From positions 9,021 to 73,020 of the forward strand of contig NW_021833102.1 of the NCBI RefSeq assembly GCF_006345805.1: a DNA stretch of 64,000 nucleotides, written 5' to 3'. Source of the DNA: Octopus sinensis (lineage: Eukaryota). The position numbers and the translations under genes were made by a program. Each line of letters begins with the position of its first letter. Position 1 is the first letter of the stretch. This document shows, piece by piece, positions 14,727 through 27,589 of this stretch. Under the pieces are notes generated by a model. That model made no database searches, was not told the origin of the DNA, and worked only from the letters and a program-made list of their open reading frames with translations.

Positions 14727-14843
14727 CTAACCCTGAATTACATGCCCCTGAATTACATGCCCCTGAAGTACCTGCTCCTCAATTACATGCCCCTGAATTA
14801 CGTGCCCCTGAATTACCTGTCCCTGAATTAAAAGCCCCTGAAT
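14727..14843. repeat. Short array (~7-8 units) of the 15-bp satellite, starting in ctaaccct
   Basis: ctaa-ccctgaattacatgc-ccctgaattacatgc...; same unit as 1-9613. Confidence 0.95.
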
Positions 14844-14857
14844 GTATGAAAATCTAG

Positions 14858-16099
14858 GTATGGACGCATGTGTGAACGAGGCTTGTGTGTATGAACGCAT
14901 GATGTGTGAACGAAGCTTGTTTGTATGGACGAATGATGTGTGAACGAAGCTTGTATGTATGGACGAATGTGTGAACGAGGCTTGTTTGTATGGACGCATG
15001 ATGTGAACGAGGCATATTTGTATGGACGAATGATGTTTCAAAAAGGCTTGTTTGTATGGACGCATGATGTGTGAACGAGGCTTGTTTGTATTGACGCATG
15101 ATGTGTGAACGAGGCTTGTTTGTATAGACGCATGATGTGTGAACGAGGCTTGTTTGTATGGAAGCATGATGTGTGAACGAGGCTTTTTTGTATGGACGCA
15201 TGACGTGTAAACGAGGCTTGTTTGTATGGACGCATGACGTGTGAACGAGGCTTGTTTGAATGGACGCATGACGGGTGAACGAGGCTTGTTTGTATGGACG
15301 CATGACGGGTGAACGATGCTTCTTTGTATGGACGCATGACGGGTGAACGAGGATTGTTTGTATGGACGCATGACGGGTGAACGAGGCTTGTTTGTATGGA
15401 CGCATGACGGGTGAACGAGGCTTGTTTGTATGGACGCATGATGTGTTAACGAGGCTTGTTTGTATGGATGCATGTGTGAACGAGGCTCGTTTGTATAGAC
15501 GCATGACGTGTGAACGAGGCTTGTTTGTATGGACGCATGATGTGTGAACGAGGCTTGTTTGTATGGACGCATGACGATGAACGAGAACTTGTTTTTGTAT
15601 GGACGCATGACGGGTGAACGAGGATTGTTTGTATGGACGCATGACGGGTGAACGAGGCTTGTTTGTATGGACGCATGACGGGTGAACGAGGCTTGTTTGT
15701 ATGGACGCATGACGAGTGAACGAGGATTGTTTATATGGACGCATGACGGGTGAACGAGGCTTGTTTGTATGGACGCATGACGGGGTGAACGAGGCTTGTT
15801 TGTATGGACGCATGACGGGTGGACGAGGCTTGTTTGTATAGACGCATGACGGTGAACGAGGCTTGTTTGTATGGACGCATGACGGGTGAACGAGGCTTGT
15901 TTGTGTGGAACGCATGATTGTGAACGAGGCGTGTATGTATGGACGCATGATGTGTGAACGAGGCCTTGTTTGAGGACGCATGATGGGTAACCGAGGCTTT
16001 GTTGTGTGGACGCATGACGAGTGAACGAGGCTTGTTTGTATGGACGCATGATGTGTGAACGAGGCTTGTTTCCATGGACGCATGATGTGTGAACGAGGC
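14858..16099. repeat. 34-bp tandem satellite A, ~36 copies (ATGTG and ACGGG sub-variants)
   Basis: Direct 34-nt periodicity, same consensus as 9628-10063. Confidence 0.97.
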
Positions 16100-16164
16100 T
16101 AACCCCAACCCTAACCCCGACCCTGAAACTAACCCTAACCCTAACCCAACCCAACCAACCCCAA
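16099..16164. repeat. Degenerate telomeric (CCCTAA)n tract (interstitial telomere-like sequence)
   Basis: ctaaccccaaccctaaccccgaccctgaaactaaccctaaccctaacccaacc; TTAGGG is the usual metazoan/molluscan telomere unit. Confidence 0.8.
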
Positions 16165-16263
16165 TCGTAATGTAATTACATGTAAGGGAAGTAACTGTGG
16201 AAAATCTTGTACCTATTTCCCTTTCTAGAGTCACTTCCTAGAATATATAATTAATACATAATA

Positions 16264-16597
16264 GGCGCAGCAGTGGTAAGTAGCTTGCTAACCAACCACA
16301 TAGTTCCGGGTTCAGTCCAATTGCGTGGCATCTTGGGCAAGTGTCTTCTGCTATAGCCCCGGGCAGACCAATGCCTTGTTAGTGGATTTGGTAGACGGAA
16401 ACTGAAGGAAGCCTGTCGTATGTATATGTATATGTGTGTGTGTTTGTCCCCCTAGCATTGCTTGACAACCGATGCTGGTGTATTTAGGTCCCCGTCACTT
16501 AGCGGTTCGACAAAAAGAGACCGATAGAATAAGTACTAAAAGGTGGTGCTCCAGCATGGCCGCAGTTAAATGACTGAAACAAGTATAAGAGTAAAAG
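16264..16597 (+). mobile_element. Near full-length tRNA-derived SINE (octopus OR/OK-like, CORE-like centre)
   Basis: A-box-like ggcgcagcagtggtaag, B-box-like gggttcagtcc, CORE-like cttgggcaagt, internal (TA)/(TG) microsatellite, 3' aatgactgaaacaagta..agagtaaaag. Confidence 0.85.
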
Positions 16598-17199
16598 TAA
16601 TTTAATTAGATATAAGGGAACTCGGGAAGATTTTAGAGTTATCTTCCTTCGTAGAGTTACTTACGTTATAAGTTAATAATAATATAGAAGGGGAGTAACT
16701 CTAGAAAGGGAGATAACTAAAAAATCTTTCAGAGTCACCTCCCTTACATCTAATTAAATAACTATTATGTATTATTAAATTGTAAAGTTCAATGGGGGTA
16801 ACTCTACAAAGGGGGATAACTTTAAAAATCTTCAAAAGTTACCTCCCTTATATTTAAATACATGACTATTATCAAAATGTATTATGGAAGCTAATTAACT
16901 CTACAATATAAAGTTCAGATGTACCGCATACACTTTTACTCTTTTCCTTGTTTAGTCATTTCACTGTGCCACTGCTAGAGCACAGCCTTTCCTAGAGCAA
17001 ATCGACACTAGGACTTTTATCTACGTCAGTCTAGTATTTATTCTGTTGGTCTTCTTTTCCCGAACGGATAAGTTAATGGAGTGTAAAAAACACCGGCATT
17101 GGTTGTCAAGCGGTTTTGGGGACACCGAAACATACACACATATACATATATATAAATATCTATATGTATATACATGTTTCTCTATATATATATATATAT

Positions 17200-18900
17200 T
17201 GCAGAAACAATACTGCTGTCTTTAGTGTTCCTACTGATATTGACGTAAGAGAAGCGAAGGAAGTTGACTCCCAACACAAAATTGCAGACATAACCTTCAC
17301 TCCCACTGACATCGTAGCAGCAATAAATGAGGTCAAATACTACTCTGCTGTAGGCCCTGATAGGATTCCCCGTTAGTCTCCTGAAGGAATGTAAACACCA
17401 ACTTGCAGTCCGCCTGACCAACCTCTGGAGAAATTCGTTAGATGCAGGTTATATACCAAAAGTTTCTATCCCAGTCAGTCATCCCGGTTGTCAAACAGGG
17501 AAACAGATCCCTCGCACTCAACTATCGCCCAATCTCACTCACCTCCCACATCATCAAAGTGTTTGAAAGAGTGTTAAGATCAAGGATGGCTGACTTCCTG
17601 GAGACCCACAAACTCCTAAATGCAAAACAGCATGGCTTTCGCTGTGGCAGGGACTGTCTAACACAGCTCTTACACCACATTGAAGTTCTACACTGGATCA
17701 AGTATTTCCTGGCGAATACAACACAACACGTTGTAGTTGATGGAGTCCACTCAAGCCCAGAGAAAGTCACCACCAGCGGTGACCCCCAGGGGACTGTCTT
17801 GGGTCCGCTACTCTTCATAATCTACATAAACGACCTTTCCAGTGTCGTACATTACTGCAAATTGAAAATATTTGCTGATGACACCAAGCTCCAGTAAATC
17901 GTCAATGAAGAAGCAGACCGAACTCAACTCCAGTCTGATCTATATGCTGTGAGTCAATGGGCAAACAGAAACAAAATACAACTGAACGAGGGAAAATTTG
18001 AGCTGATGCATTTTGAAAGAAACTCCTCACTAAAACAGCCATACTCTCTTCCTTCAGGGGAACCGCTCACAGCCTCTAACAATATCAGAGAACTGGGTGT
18101 AATTGTTGATGACCATCACAGTTGGAGTGCACACATCAACAAGAAGGTCGATATAGCTCGTAGGATGAGTTCCTGGATCTTAAGAACTTTCCGGTCCAGA
18201 GAACAAGGTGTCATCATACCACTTTTTTCCTCCTTTGTACGGCCACACCTTGAATACTGCTGCCCACTGTGGTCTCCTCAAACAAGACTAAACATCTCCA
18301 GAATTGAGTCACCCCAGAGGGCACTCACTAAACGAATTGAAGGCATGGCTGCTCTCGATTATTGGGATTGCCTTAAAGCCTTGAAACTTTACTCCCTCCA
18401 GCGTGAGCGGTACATCATTTGTACGATGTGGAAATATACCGCCAACTATGCCCAAACGACCTAAAATTAGCTTCAAGGTTCATCCAAGACTTGGACCACG
18501 GGCTATACGTCCCCCTGCCCAATTCAAGATCACAACATACATGTACACTGCAACATATTTCTTTTCCTCAACAGGCCCTGCCCTATTTAAACATTGTCCC
18601 GAGAGAGATCAAGGGAAAGGATCCCATCAACTTTAACAGAGTCGGATAGATTTCTTCAAAGAATACCAGATAGCCACCCATAATTGGATACAAGTCACCC
18701 AACGAACTCACTACTTGAACAAACTGGATACACTCACCCAACAAGAACTCACTACTTGAACAAAACTGGATACAACTCACCCAACAAGAACTCACTACTT
18801 GAACAAAACTGACTTAAACAGGATTCGAATAATCCTATCAGGTGTGGCTATTAAGTTAGACATGGCCTGGACCAATCTTTGGTCGAAACATATCTAAGTT
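17200..18900 (+). mobile_element. 5'-truncated, degenerate CR1-group LINE (RT and C-terminal domain)
   Basis: YRPISLTSHIIKVFERVL, QHGFR, SGDPQGTVLGPLLFIIYINDL, FADDTKL, RPHLEYCCPLWSP; stops, frameshifts and an internal deletion; flanked by (TA)n on both sides. Confidence 0.92.
18694..18812. repeat. ~41-bp unit x3 in the LINE 3' region
   Basis: tcacccaacaagaactcactacttgaacaaaactggatac repeated in tandem. Confidence 0.85.
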
Positions 18901-21195
18901 TTATATATATCTGATATATCTTTATAAATATATATATATATATATATATACCAATCTATCTTCTTCGAGCACATCGTCAGCAGCACTTATTCTTTCTAAG
19001 CCTAGTATTTATTCTAACTTATTCTTTTCTGCCGAGCCGCTGAAATACAGGGAGAAAACACACCACATCGTTTGAAAAATCTACTATAGCCCCGAGCGAC
19101 CAAAGCCTTGTGATTGGATTTGGTGGAAGGAAACTGGAAAACTCCAGTCATATATATGTTTATGTGCATGTGTGTCTTTGTTCCCAAACATTGCTACACA
19201 ACGGATATTAGTCTGTTTACGTCCCCATAACTTAGAGGTTCAGCGAAAGAGACTGATAGAATAAGCACTAGGCCTACAATGAATAAGTCCTGGGGTCGGT
19301 ATGCTCGACTAAAGGTCGTGCTCCAACATGGCCACAGTCAAATGACTGAAACAAATGAGAGTAAAAGAGTAAATAACGAGAAAAGTCCATGTTCACTAGG
19401 GAGATAGCAGAAAATATCTCCTAGAGTTACTTCCCTAACGTCATATAATACGTTTCATGTTGTAATATCTGTAATAAAGTAATAATGACACTCGAAGGGC
19501 ACACGAGAATGCATTCACGTAATATCACACATGTAGATGCAAGTTTTCTTAATAAAACGGAAAGAACTCACATTCCATCCCTTAGCTTCTTTTTTGTTTT
19601 AGACACTACATATACGTGCGTGGGTATATACACGTATATCTGTATGTGTATGTCTGGGTAAAACAGACTTCGCGGTTGGGTCCACAGCCGATGCGACAAC
19701 CTTGGGTATGTGTGGACTGTGCTCACACACGAACAAATACCCACACTTCCGCACTCATGCACATAGATACATGCAAAGCTATTTTATGTTTTCAATAAGT
19801 TGTGCCCTTCGAGTGCGAACAAAACGCGCACAAACACACACGCACACATTTAAACATATACGATGGTATTTTATCAGTTTCCTTCCACTAAATCCAATCA
19901 CAAGGATTAGGTCGGCCTTGGGTACAGTAGTGTTTGTTGTAGCTGTAATTGTCGCACACACAAACGAATAAAACACTCGCTCACACACACGTACACACAG
20001 AAATAAAAACATTCACACAAACACAGACACTTAAATGAAAATAGCAACACACACACATATAAAAAGTCCCACGCACACAAACACTGAAAAAAAAATTCTC
20101 ACAAAAACACTCACATACACACAAAGACAAACACCAAATAAAATACAGATACATATCACACACTCAAACACGCGGACAACACAGAAATGAAAACAGTTAC
20201 ATACCTACACATGCACAAACACAGACACACACAAATACAAATGGAAAATACGGTAACACATCAAACTCTCACACACTAACATACGGACAAACACACACAC
20301 ACACACACCGAAATGAAAACGCAGTTACACACTCACACATAAAACCCTAACCGTAACTAGCACAAACATACAACTTATTCAGAATGTAGAGGGGCATGGG
20401 TGCTTTGCACACTCGCAGTTAGAATATCAGCTCCTCCACGCCCTATATTAGAATTTCTTGTCATCCACTTGTGAAATTAATACATTGACGACACATGGGA
20501 AAATATGAGCAACATCTGAAGCCACTAAGGTGCAATAAATTGAACTTATTTTGATTTAGTATTTAGTGATCTCAAAAGTGGATATCTTACAAATGGTCAA
20601 GTGTTTGTTGTAGTTGTAAGTGTCGCACACACAAACACAATAGAAACACTCAGTCGCGCTCACACACTCACTCGCGCACACAGAATAAAAACACCTCACA
20701 CACAAACACTGAAATGAAAATACCCACACTCACATAAATAAAAACAGCCCACACACACAAGGAGCCCCAATAGGTATATCAAAAAAATTCTAGTATTTTT
20801 TCCTAGCCCATAATTTATGATAATTGAAATTCTTACAATGATAAATACCTACTAAATCAGTATATCGAACATTACGTCCCCGTAACTTATCGGTTCTGCA
20901 AAAGACCTATACATTAATTAACTCTCGGAAGGGAGATAACTAGATAACATCTTCCAGAGTTACTTTCCTTACATATAATTAATATACTTTTAATAAATTA
21001 TAATGAGCAAGAAGTAACTTTCGAATATATATTCAGACATGACATAGATTTTACGATTTTTTTTGGAGTTTAACTGCTCTCTCTAGTGAGTCGGATGTCC
21101 CATTAATTACGGCCATCCCATATATGTTTAAATATCTATACGTAATATACATATATCTGTCAATATATACTATGTCTCTCTCTCTCTCCTCTCTC

Positions 21196-21248
<53 letters not shown>

Positions 21249-21255
21249 ACACACA

Positions 21256-21781
21256 CCTAATCTATATACAACGGGCTACTTTCTGTTCGGTGTACCAAAT
21301 CTACTCAGAAACGTTGGTCTGTCCGTGCTATATTGGAAGACACTTCCCATGGCCACGTAGTTGGACTGAACCAAAACACCGTGTTTGGAAAGCAGCTACG
21401 TAGCCACTCTTACTGCTACATTATATATATATAAATATAATATATAATATATATACATATATATACACCCAGTCTTCTTTTAGTTTCCGTCTCCCAAATC
21501 CACTCACAAGGCTTTGGTCGGCCCGAGACTATAGTAGAAGACATTTGCCCAACATGCCACCCAGTGGGACTGAACTCGAAAACATTTGTTAGGTAAGCAA
21601 GCTAATTCTCATTCAGAGACACTACTGTTTGTTAACCGGACAAGTTCAAGTCGAGACCTTAATTTGGTCTGTCCCGAGGCTATATTGGAAGACACTTGCC
21701 CATGGGCCACGTATTGGACAGAACCAGAAACACCGTGTTTGGAAGCAACCTACGTAGCCACTTTACTGCTACATATACATG

Positions 21782-21833
<52 letters not shown>

Positions 21834-23678
21834 CATATATCGACATACGACTCTTCTTTTAGTTTCCATCTCCCAAATCCACTCACAAGGCTTTGGTCGG
21901 CCCGAGACTATAGTAGAAGACATTTGCCCAACATGCCACCCAGTGGGACTGAACTCGATAACATTTGTTAGGTAAGCAAGCTAATTCCCATTCAGACACT
22001 ACTGTTTGTTAACCGGACAAGTTCAAGGCGAGACCTAATTGTTTGTATGCAAATGAGTTCATTAATGTGATCCGGAACTTTCACGGCTGGTTCTTATGAG
22101 ACAATGCAACCAGCTTGGGTATAGGTGGACTGTGCTCACACACGCACAAATACTCACACGTCCGCACAAACGAATATAGATACATGCAAAGACGCAATCT
22201 CGTACCTATTTATGTTTTAAATATGTTGACCTTAAAACTGAGACATTCTGGAAACACACGTCCGCACCCAGGCACATAGATATATGCATATACGCAAACT
22301 CGTAGCTATTTATGTTTTAAACATGTTGACCTTTAAACCGTGACATTCTGTGTCTGTTTGTGCGCGCATTTCTGTGAGAATGATTGCTCACGAACCGCAA
22401 TGTGCTGAGTTCAAACCAACAGCGTTGCACCTTCGGCAAGTGTATTCGACTATAGCCTAGGGCCGACCAATGTATTCTGAGTGGAGTTTGTAGAGGGAAA
22501 CTGAAAGAAGCCGTCGTATACATGAATATCGACGTATGAATGGCTATGTTGTAAGTAGTTTGCTTACGAACCACATGGCTTCGGGTTCATTCCCACTGCC
22601 TGTCATCTTCTGCAATTGTCTACTATTGTAGCCCAGGGCCTAGCTAATCCTTGTGATGGGATTTAGTGGAACAAAACTGACAGAATCTCGTCGTACATAT
22701 GTTTAAATGTGTGTGTGTGTGTTTGTTTGCACCCGAAGGGCACAGGAGAATGCACGCACGCACGTACTATCACACATACAGATGCAAGTTTTCTTAATAA
22801 AACGGAAAGAACTCCCATTCCATCCCTTACAGTTTCTTTTTTGTTTTAGATACTACATATACGTGTGTTGGTATATTCACATATATCTGTATGTGTATAT
22901 ATATAAATATATAAATATATATAAATATATATATTATATATATACGACGCAATATACGACATATAAATACACAAACACATACATGTGTGTGTGTGTGTGT
23001 GTGCGTGTATATATATAAATGTGCAATAAATTAAACTTATTTTGATTTAGTATTTAGTGATCTCAAATGTAGGTATCTTACAAATGGTCAAAGTGTTTGT
23101 TGTAGTTGTAAGTGTCGCACACACACAAACAAATAGAAACACTCAGTCGCTCACACACAAACACTGAAATGAAAATACCCACACTCATATAAATAAAAAC
23201 AGTCCCACACACACAAGGAGCCCCAATAGGTATATCAAAAAAGTTTCTAGTATTATTCCTAGCCCATAATTTATGATAATTGAAATTCTTACAATGAATA
23301 AATACCTACTAAATCAGTATATCGAACATTACGTCCCCGTAACTTATCGGTTCTGCAAAAGAGACCTATACATTAAGTAATAGGCATACAAAGAATAATT
23401 CCTGGGGTTGATTTGCTTCACTAAAGGCAGTGCTCCACGATGGTCACAGTGAAATAACTGAAACAGTCTAAGGGAGATAACTACAAAGTATCTTCTACAG
23501 TTACTTCCCTTGAATATTATAATTTAACAATAAAAAAATATGACGGGAGATTAACTCGCGGAAGGGAGATAACTACAATATCCTTCCAGAGTTACTTTCC
23601 TTACATACAATTATATTACTTTTAATAAATTATAATGAGCAAGAGGAGGTAACTTTCGAATATATTATTCAGACATGG

Positions 23679-23729
<51 letters not shown>

Positions 23730-25007
23730 ATATACACACACCTATCTATATACCACGGGCTACTTTCTGTTTCGGTGTACCAAATCTACTCAGAAACGTT
23801 GGTCTGTCCGAGGCTATATTGGAAGACACTTGCCCATGGGGCCACATAGTTGGACAGAACCAGAAACACCGTGTTTGGAAAGCAAGCTAGATAGCCACTC
23901 TTACTGCTACATATATATTTATATATATATATATATACATACGACAGTCTTCTTTTAGTTTCCGTCTCCCAAATCCACTCACAAGGCTTTGATCGTCCCG
24001 AGACTATAGTAGAAGACATTTGCCCAACATGCCACCCAGTGGGACTGAACACGGAAACATTTGTTAGGTAAGCAAGCTAATTCCCATTCAGACACTACTG
24101 TTTGTTAACCGGACAAGTTCAAGGCGAGACCTAATTGTTTGTATGCAAATGAGTTCATTAATGTGGTCCGGACTTTCATGGCTGGTTCTTATGAGACAAT
24201 GCAACCAGCTTGGGTATAGTGGACTGTGCTCACACACGCACAAACTCTCACACGTCCCACACCCACGAATATAGATACATGCAAGACGCAATCTCGTACC
24301 TATTTATGTTTTAAATATGTTGACCTTAAAACTGAGACATTCTGGAAACACACGTCCGCACCCAGGCACAAAGATACATCCATATACGCAAACTCGTAGC
24401 TATTTATGTTTTAAAAATGTTGACCTTTAAACCGTGACATTCTGTGTCTGTTTGTGCGCGCATTTCTGTGAGAATGATTGCTCACGAACCGCAATGTGCT
24501 GAGTTCAAACCAACAGCGTTGCACCTTCGGCAAGTGTATTCGACTATAGCCTAGGGCCGACCAATGTTTTCTGAGTGGAGTTTGTAGAGGGAAACTGAAA
24601 TAGCCGTCGTATACATGAATATCGACGTATGAATGGCTATGTTGTAAGTAGTTTGCTTACGAACCACATGGTTTCGGGTTCATTCCGACTGCCTGTCATC
24701 TTCTGCAATTGTCTACTATTGTAGCCCAGGGCCTAGCTAATCCTTGTGATGGGATTTAGTGGAACAAAACTGACAGAATCTCGTCGTACATATATTTAAA
24801 TATGTGTGTGTGTGTGTGTGTGTTTGTTTGCACTCGAAGGGCACACGAGAATGCACGCACGCACGTACTATCACACATACAGATGCAAGTTTTCTTAATA
24901 AAACGGAAAGAACTCCCATTCCATCCCTTACAGTTTCTTTTTTGTTTTAGATACTACATATACGTGTGTTGGTATATTCACGTATATCTGTATGTGTATA
25001 TATATAT

Positions 25008-25039
<32 letters not shown>

Positions 25040-25069
25040 AAATATATATAAATATATATAAATATATAA

Positions 25070-25103
<34 letters not shown>

Positions 25104-26134
25104 CGACGCAATATACGACATAAATACACAAACACATACATTGTGTGTGTGTGTGTGTGCGTGCGTGTATATATAGATAATGTGCAATAAATTAAACTTA
25201 TTTTGATTTAGTATTTAGTGATCTCAAATGTGGGTATCTTACAAATGGTCAAAGTGTTTGTTGTAGTTGTAAATGTCGCACACACACAAACAAATAGAAA
25301 CACTCAGTCGCTCACACACACTCGCGCATGCAGAAATAAAAACACTCTCACACACAAACACTGAAATGAAAATACCCACACTCACATAAATAAAAACAGT
25401 CCCACACACACAGGAGCCCCAATAGTATATCAAAAAAGTTTCTAGTTTTTCCTAGCCCATAATTTATGATAATTGAAATTCTTACAATAAATAAATACCT
25501 ACTAAATCAGTATATCGAACATTACGTCCCCGTAACTTTTCGGTTCTGCAAAAGAGACCTATGCATTAAGTAATAGGCATACAAAGAATAATTCCTGGGG
25601 TTGATTTGCTTCACTAAAGGCGGTGCTCCACCATGGTCACAGTGAAATAACTGAAATAGTCTAAGAGCGACAAAGTGTATATTACGATAACTACATACTT
25701 AAGGGAGATAACTACAAAGTATCTTCTACAGTTACTTCTCTTGAATATTATAATTTAACAATAAAAAAATATGAAGGGAAATTAACTCTCGGAAGGGAGA
25801 TGACTAGATAACATCTTCCAGAGTTACTTTCCTTACATATAATTATATTACTTTTAATAAATTATAATGAGCAAGATAACTGCTCTCTCTAGTGAGTCGG
25901 ATGTCCCATTATGGCCATCCCATATATGTTTAAAATCTATATGTATATACATATATCTATCAATATATACCTATGTCTCTCTCTCTATATATATATTATA
26001 TATGTATAGTATATATTTATATATATATATAATATATATATACTTTATTTTATGCAGCAGAAAATTCAGTACTCTTTTTCCACCTTGTTTCACACATTTA
26101 CGTGTTTACTCCGGTATATATATATTATATTATA

Positions 26135-26172
<38 letters not shown>

Positions 26173-26335
26173 ATCTATATAACACGGGCTACTTTCTGTT
26201 TCGGTGTACAAAATCTACTCAGAAACGTTGGTCTGTCTGAGGCTATATTGGAAACACTTGCCCATGGGGCCACGCAGTTGGACTGAACCAGAAACACCGT
26301 GTTTGGAAAGCAAGCTACATAGCCACTCTTACTGC

Positions 26336-26378
<43 letters not shown>

Positions 26379-26920
26379 GACAGTCTTTTTAGTTTCCGTC
26401 TCCCAAATCCACTCACAAGGCTTTGGTCGTCCCGAGACTATAGTAGAGACATTTGCCCAACATGCCACCCAGTGGGACTGAACTCGGAAACATTTGTTAG
26501 GTAAGCAAGCTAATTCCCATTCAGAACACTACTGTTTGTTAACCGACAAGTTCAAGTCGAGCCCTAATTGTTTGTATGCAAATGCGTTCATTAATGTGGT
26601 CCGGAACTTTCACGGCTGTTTCTTATGAGACGATGCAACCAGCTTGGGTATAGTGGAACTGTGCTCACACACGCACAAACACTCACACGTCCACACCCAC
26701 GATATAGATACATGTAAAGACGCAATCTCGTACCTATTTATGTTTTAATATGTTGACTTTAAAACTGAGACATTCTGAAACACGTCCGCACTCATGCACA
26801 TAGATACATGCATATACGCAAACTCGTAGCTATTTGTTTTAAACATGTTGACTTTAAACCATGACATTCTTTGTCTGTTTGTTGCACGCATTTCTGTGAG
26901 AATGATTGATCACGAACCGT
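21256..26920. repeat. Tandem segmental repeat with ~2.45-kb unit (starts ~21256, 23741, 26170; third copy truncated), built from SINE fragments and microsatellites
   Basis: The anchor cctatctatat..acgggctactttctg recurs at those three positions, and the downstream sequence is colinear (e.g. 22707 vs 24802 ORFs). Confidence 0.9.
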
Positions 26921-27014
26921 AAATTTTGAGTCAATCCGACGGGATGTAGTGGTCTTTAAACCGTTCCAGACAAACAAACAAACAAACTTTTCGCATTTCA
27001 GTTTTATAAATAGA
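26921..27014 (-). mobile_element. Helitron-like 5' end fragment
   Basis: The minus strand reads A^TCTATTTATAAAACTGAAATG..(GTTT)n..GGATTGACTCAAAATTT, which parallels the 5' end of the Helitron at 37000. Confidence 0.55.
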
Positions 27015-27017
27015 TAA

Positions 27018-27062
<45 letters not shown>

Positions 27063-27067
27063 TGCTA

Positions 27068-27249
27068 GGCGTAGGAGCGGCTTTGTGATAAGTAGCTGCT
27101 TACGAACCACTGTGTTCTGGGTTCAGTCCCACTGCGTGGAACCTTGGACAAGTGTCTTCACTATAGCCTCGGGGTGACCAAGCCTTGTGAATAGATTTCG
27201 TAGACGGAACTAAATGAAGCCCATCGTGTGTGTATACATATATATATAT

Positions 27250-27280
<31 letters not shown>

Positions 27281-27495
27281 CATACATACATATATATATA
27301 TATATACATATACGTTTGTATGCCTCTTTATCCATCGAACAGTGCTTGACAAACGATGCTGCTGTTTTCACGCACCCGTAACTGAACGGTTCGGCAAAAG
27401 AGAATAGGTCCTGGGCTCTATTTCTTTGACTGAAGGCGGTGCTCCAACATGGCCGCAGTCAAATACTGAAAGTAGCAAAAGTGAGTGAAAGAGTA
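27068..27495 (+). mobile_element. tRNA-derived SINE, same family as 16264
   Basis: ggcgtaggagcggctttgtgataag...gggttcagtcccactgcgtggaaccttggacaagtg...gctccaacatggccgcagtcaaatactgaaa. Confidence 0.85.
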
Positions 27496-27589
27496 ATTAG
27501 CGAAAACAGTGTATATTCTGTTGTGTCTGGGGATAGTCTTTCTCTTTTAGTGCCTTATTATTAAATACACACTCACCAGTAAAAATTCA

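Noticed and set aside
9628-16099. 34-bp repeats as a CRISPR array
   Set aside because: The units are head-to-tail with no unique spacers, there are no cas genes, and the context is eukaryotic.
16264-16330. tRNA gene (A/B boxes); likewise at 27068 and 42021
   Set aside because: No complete cloverleaf; the sequence continues into SINE body and tail.
18862-18898. GACC-aatcttt-GGTC-GAAAC hairpin resembling the 3' half of a hammerhead
   Set aside because: There is no upstream CUGANGA; better explained as the LINE 3' terminal stem-loop.
20900-27360. YI/IY/CV-rich ORFs
   Set aside because: Translations of (TA)n and (TG)n microsatellites.
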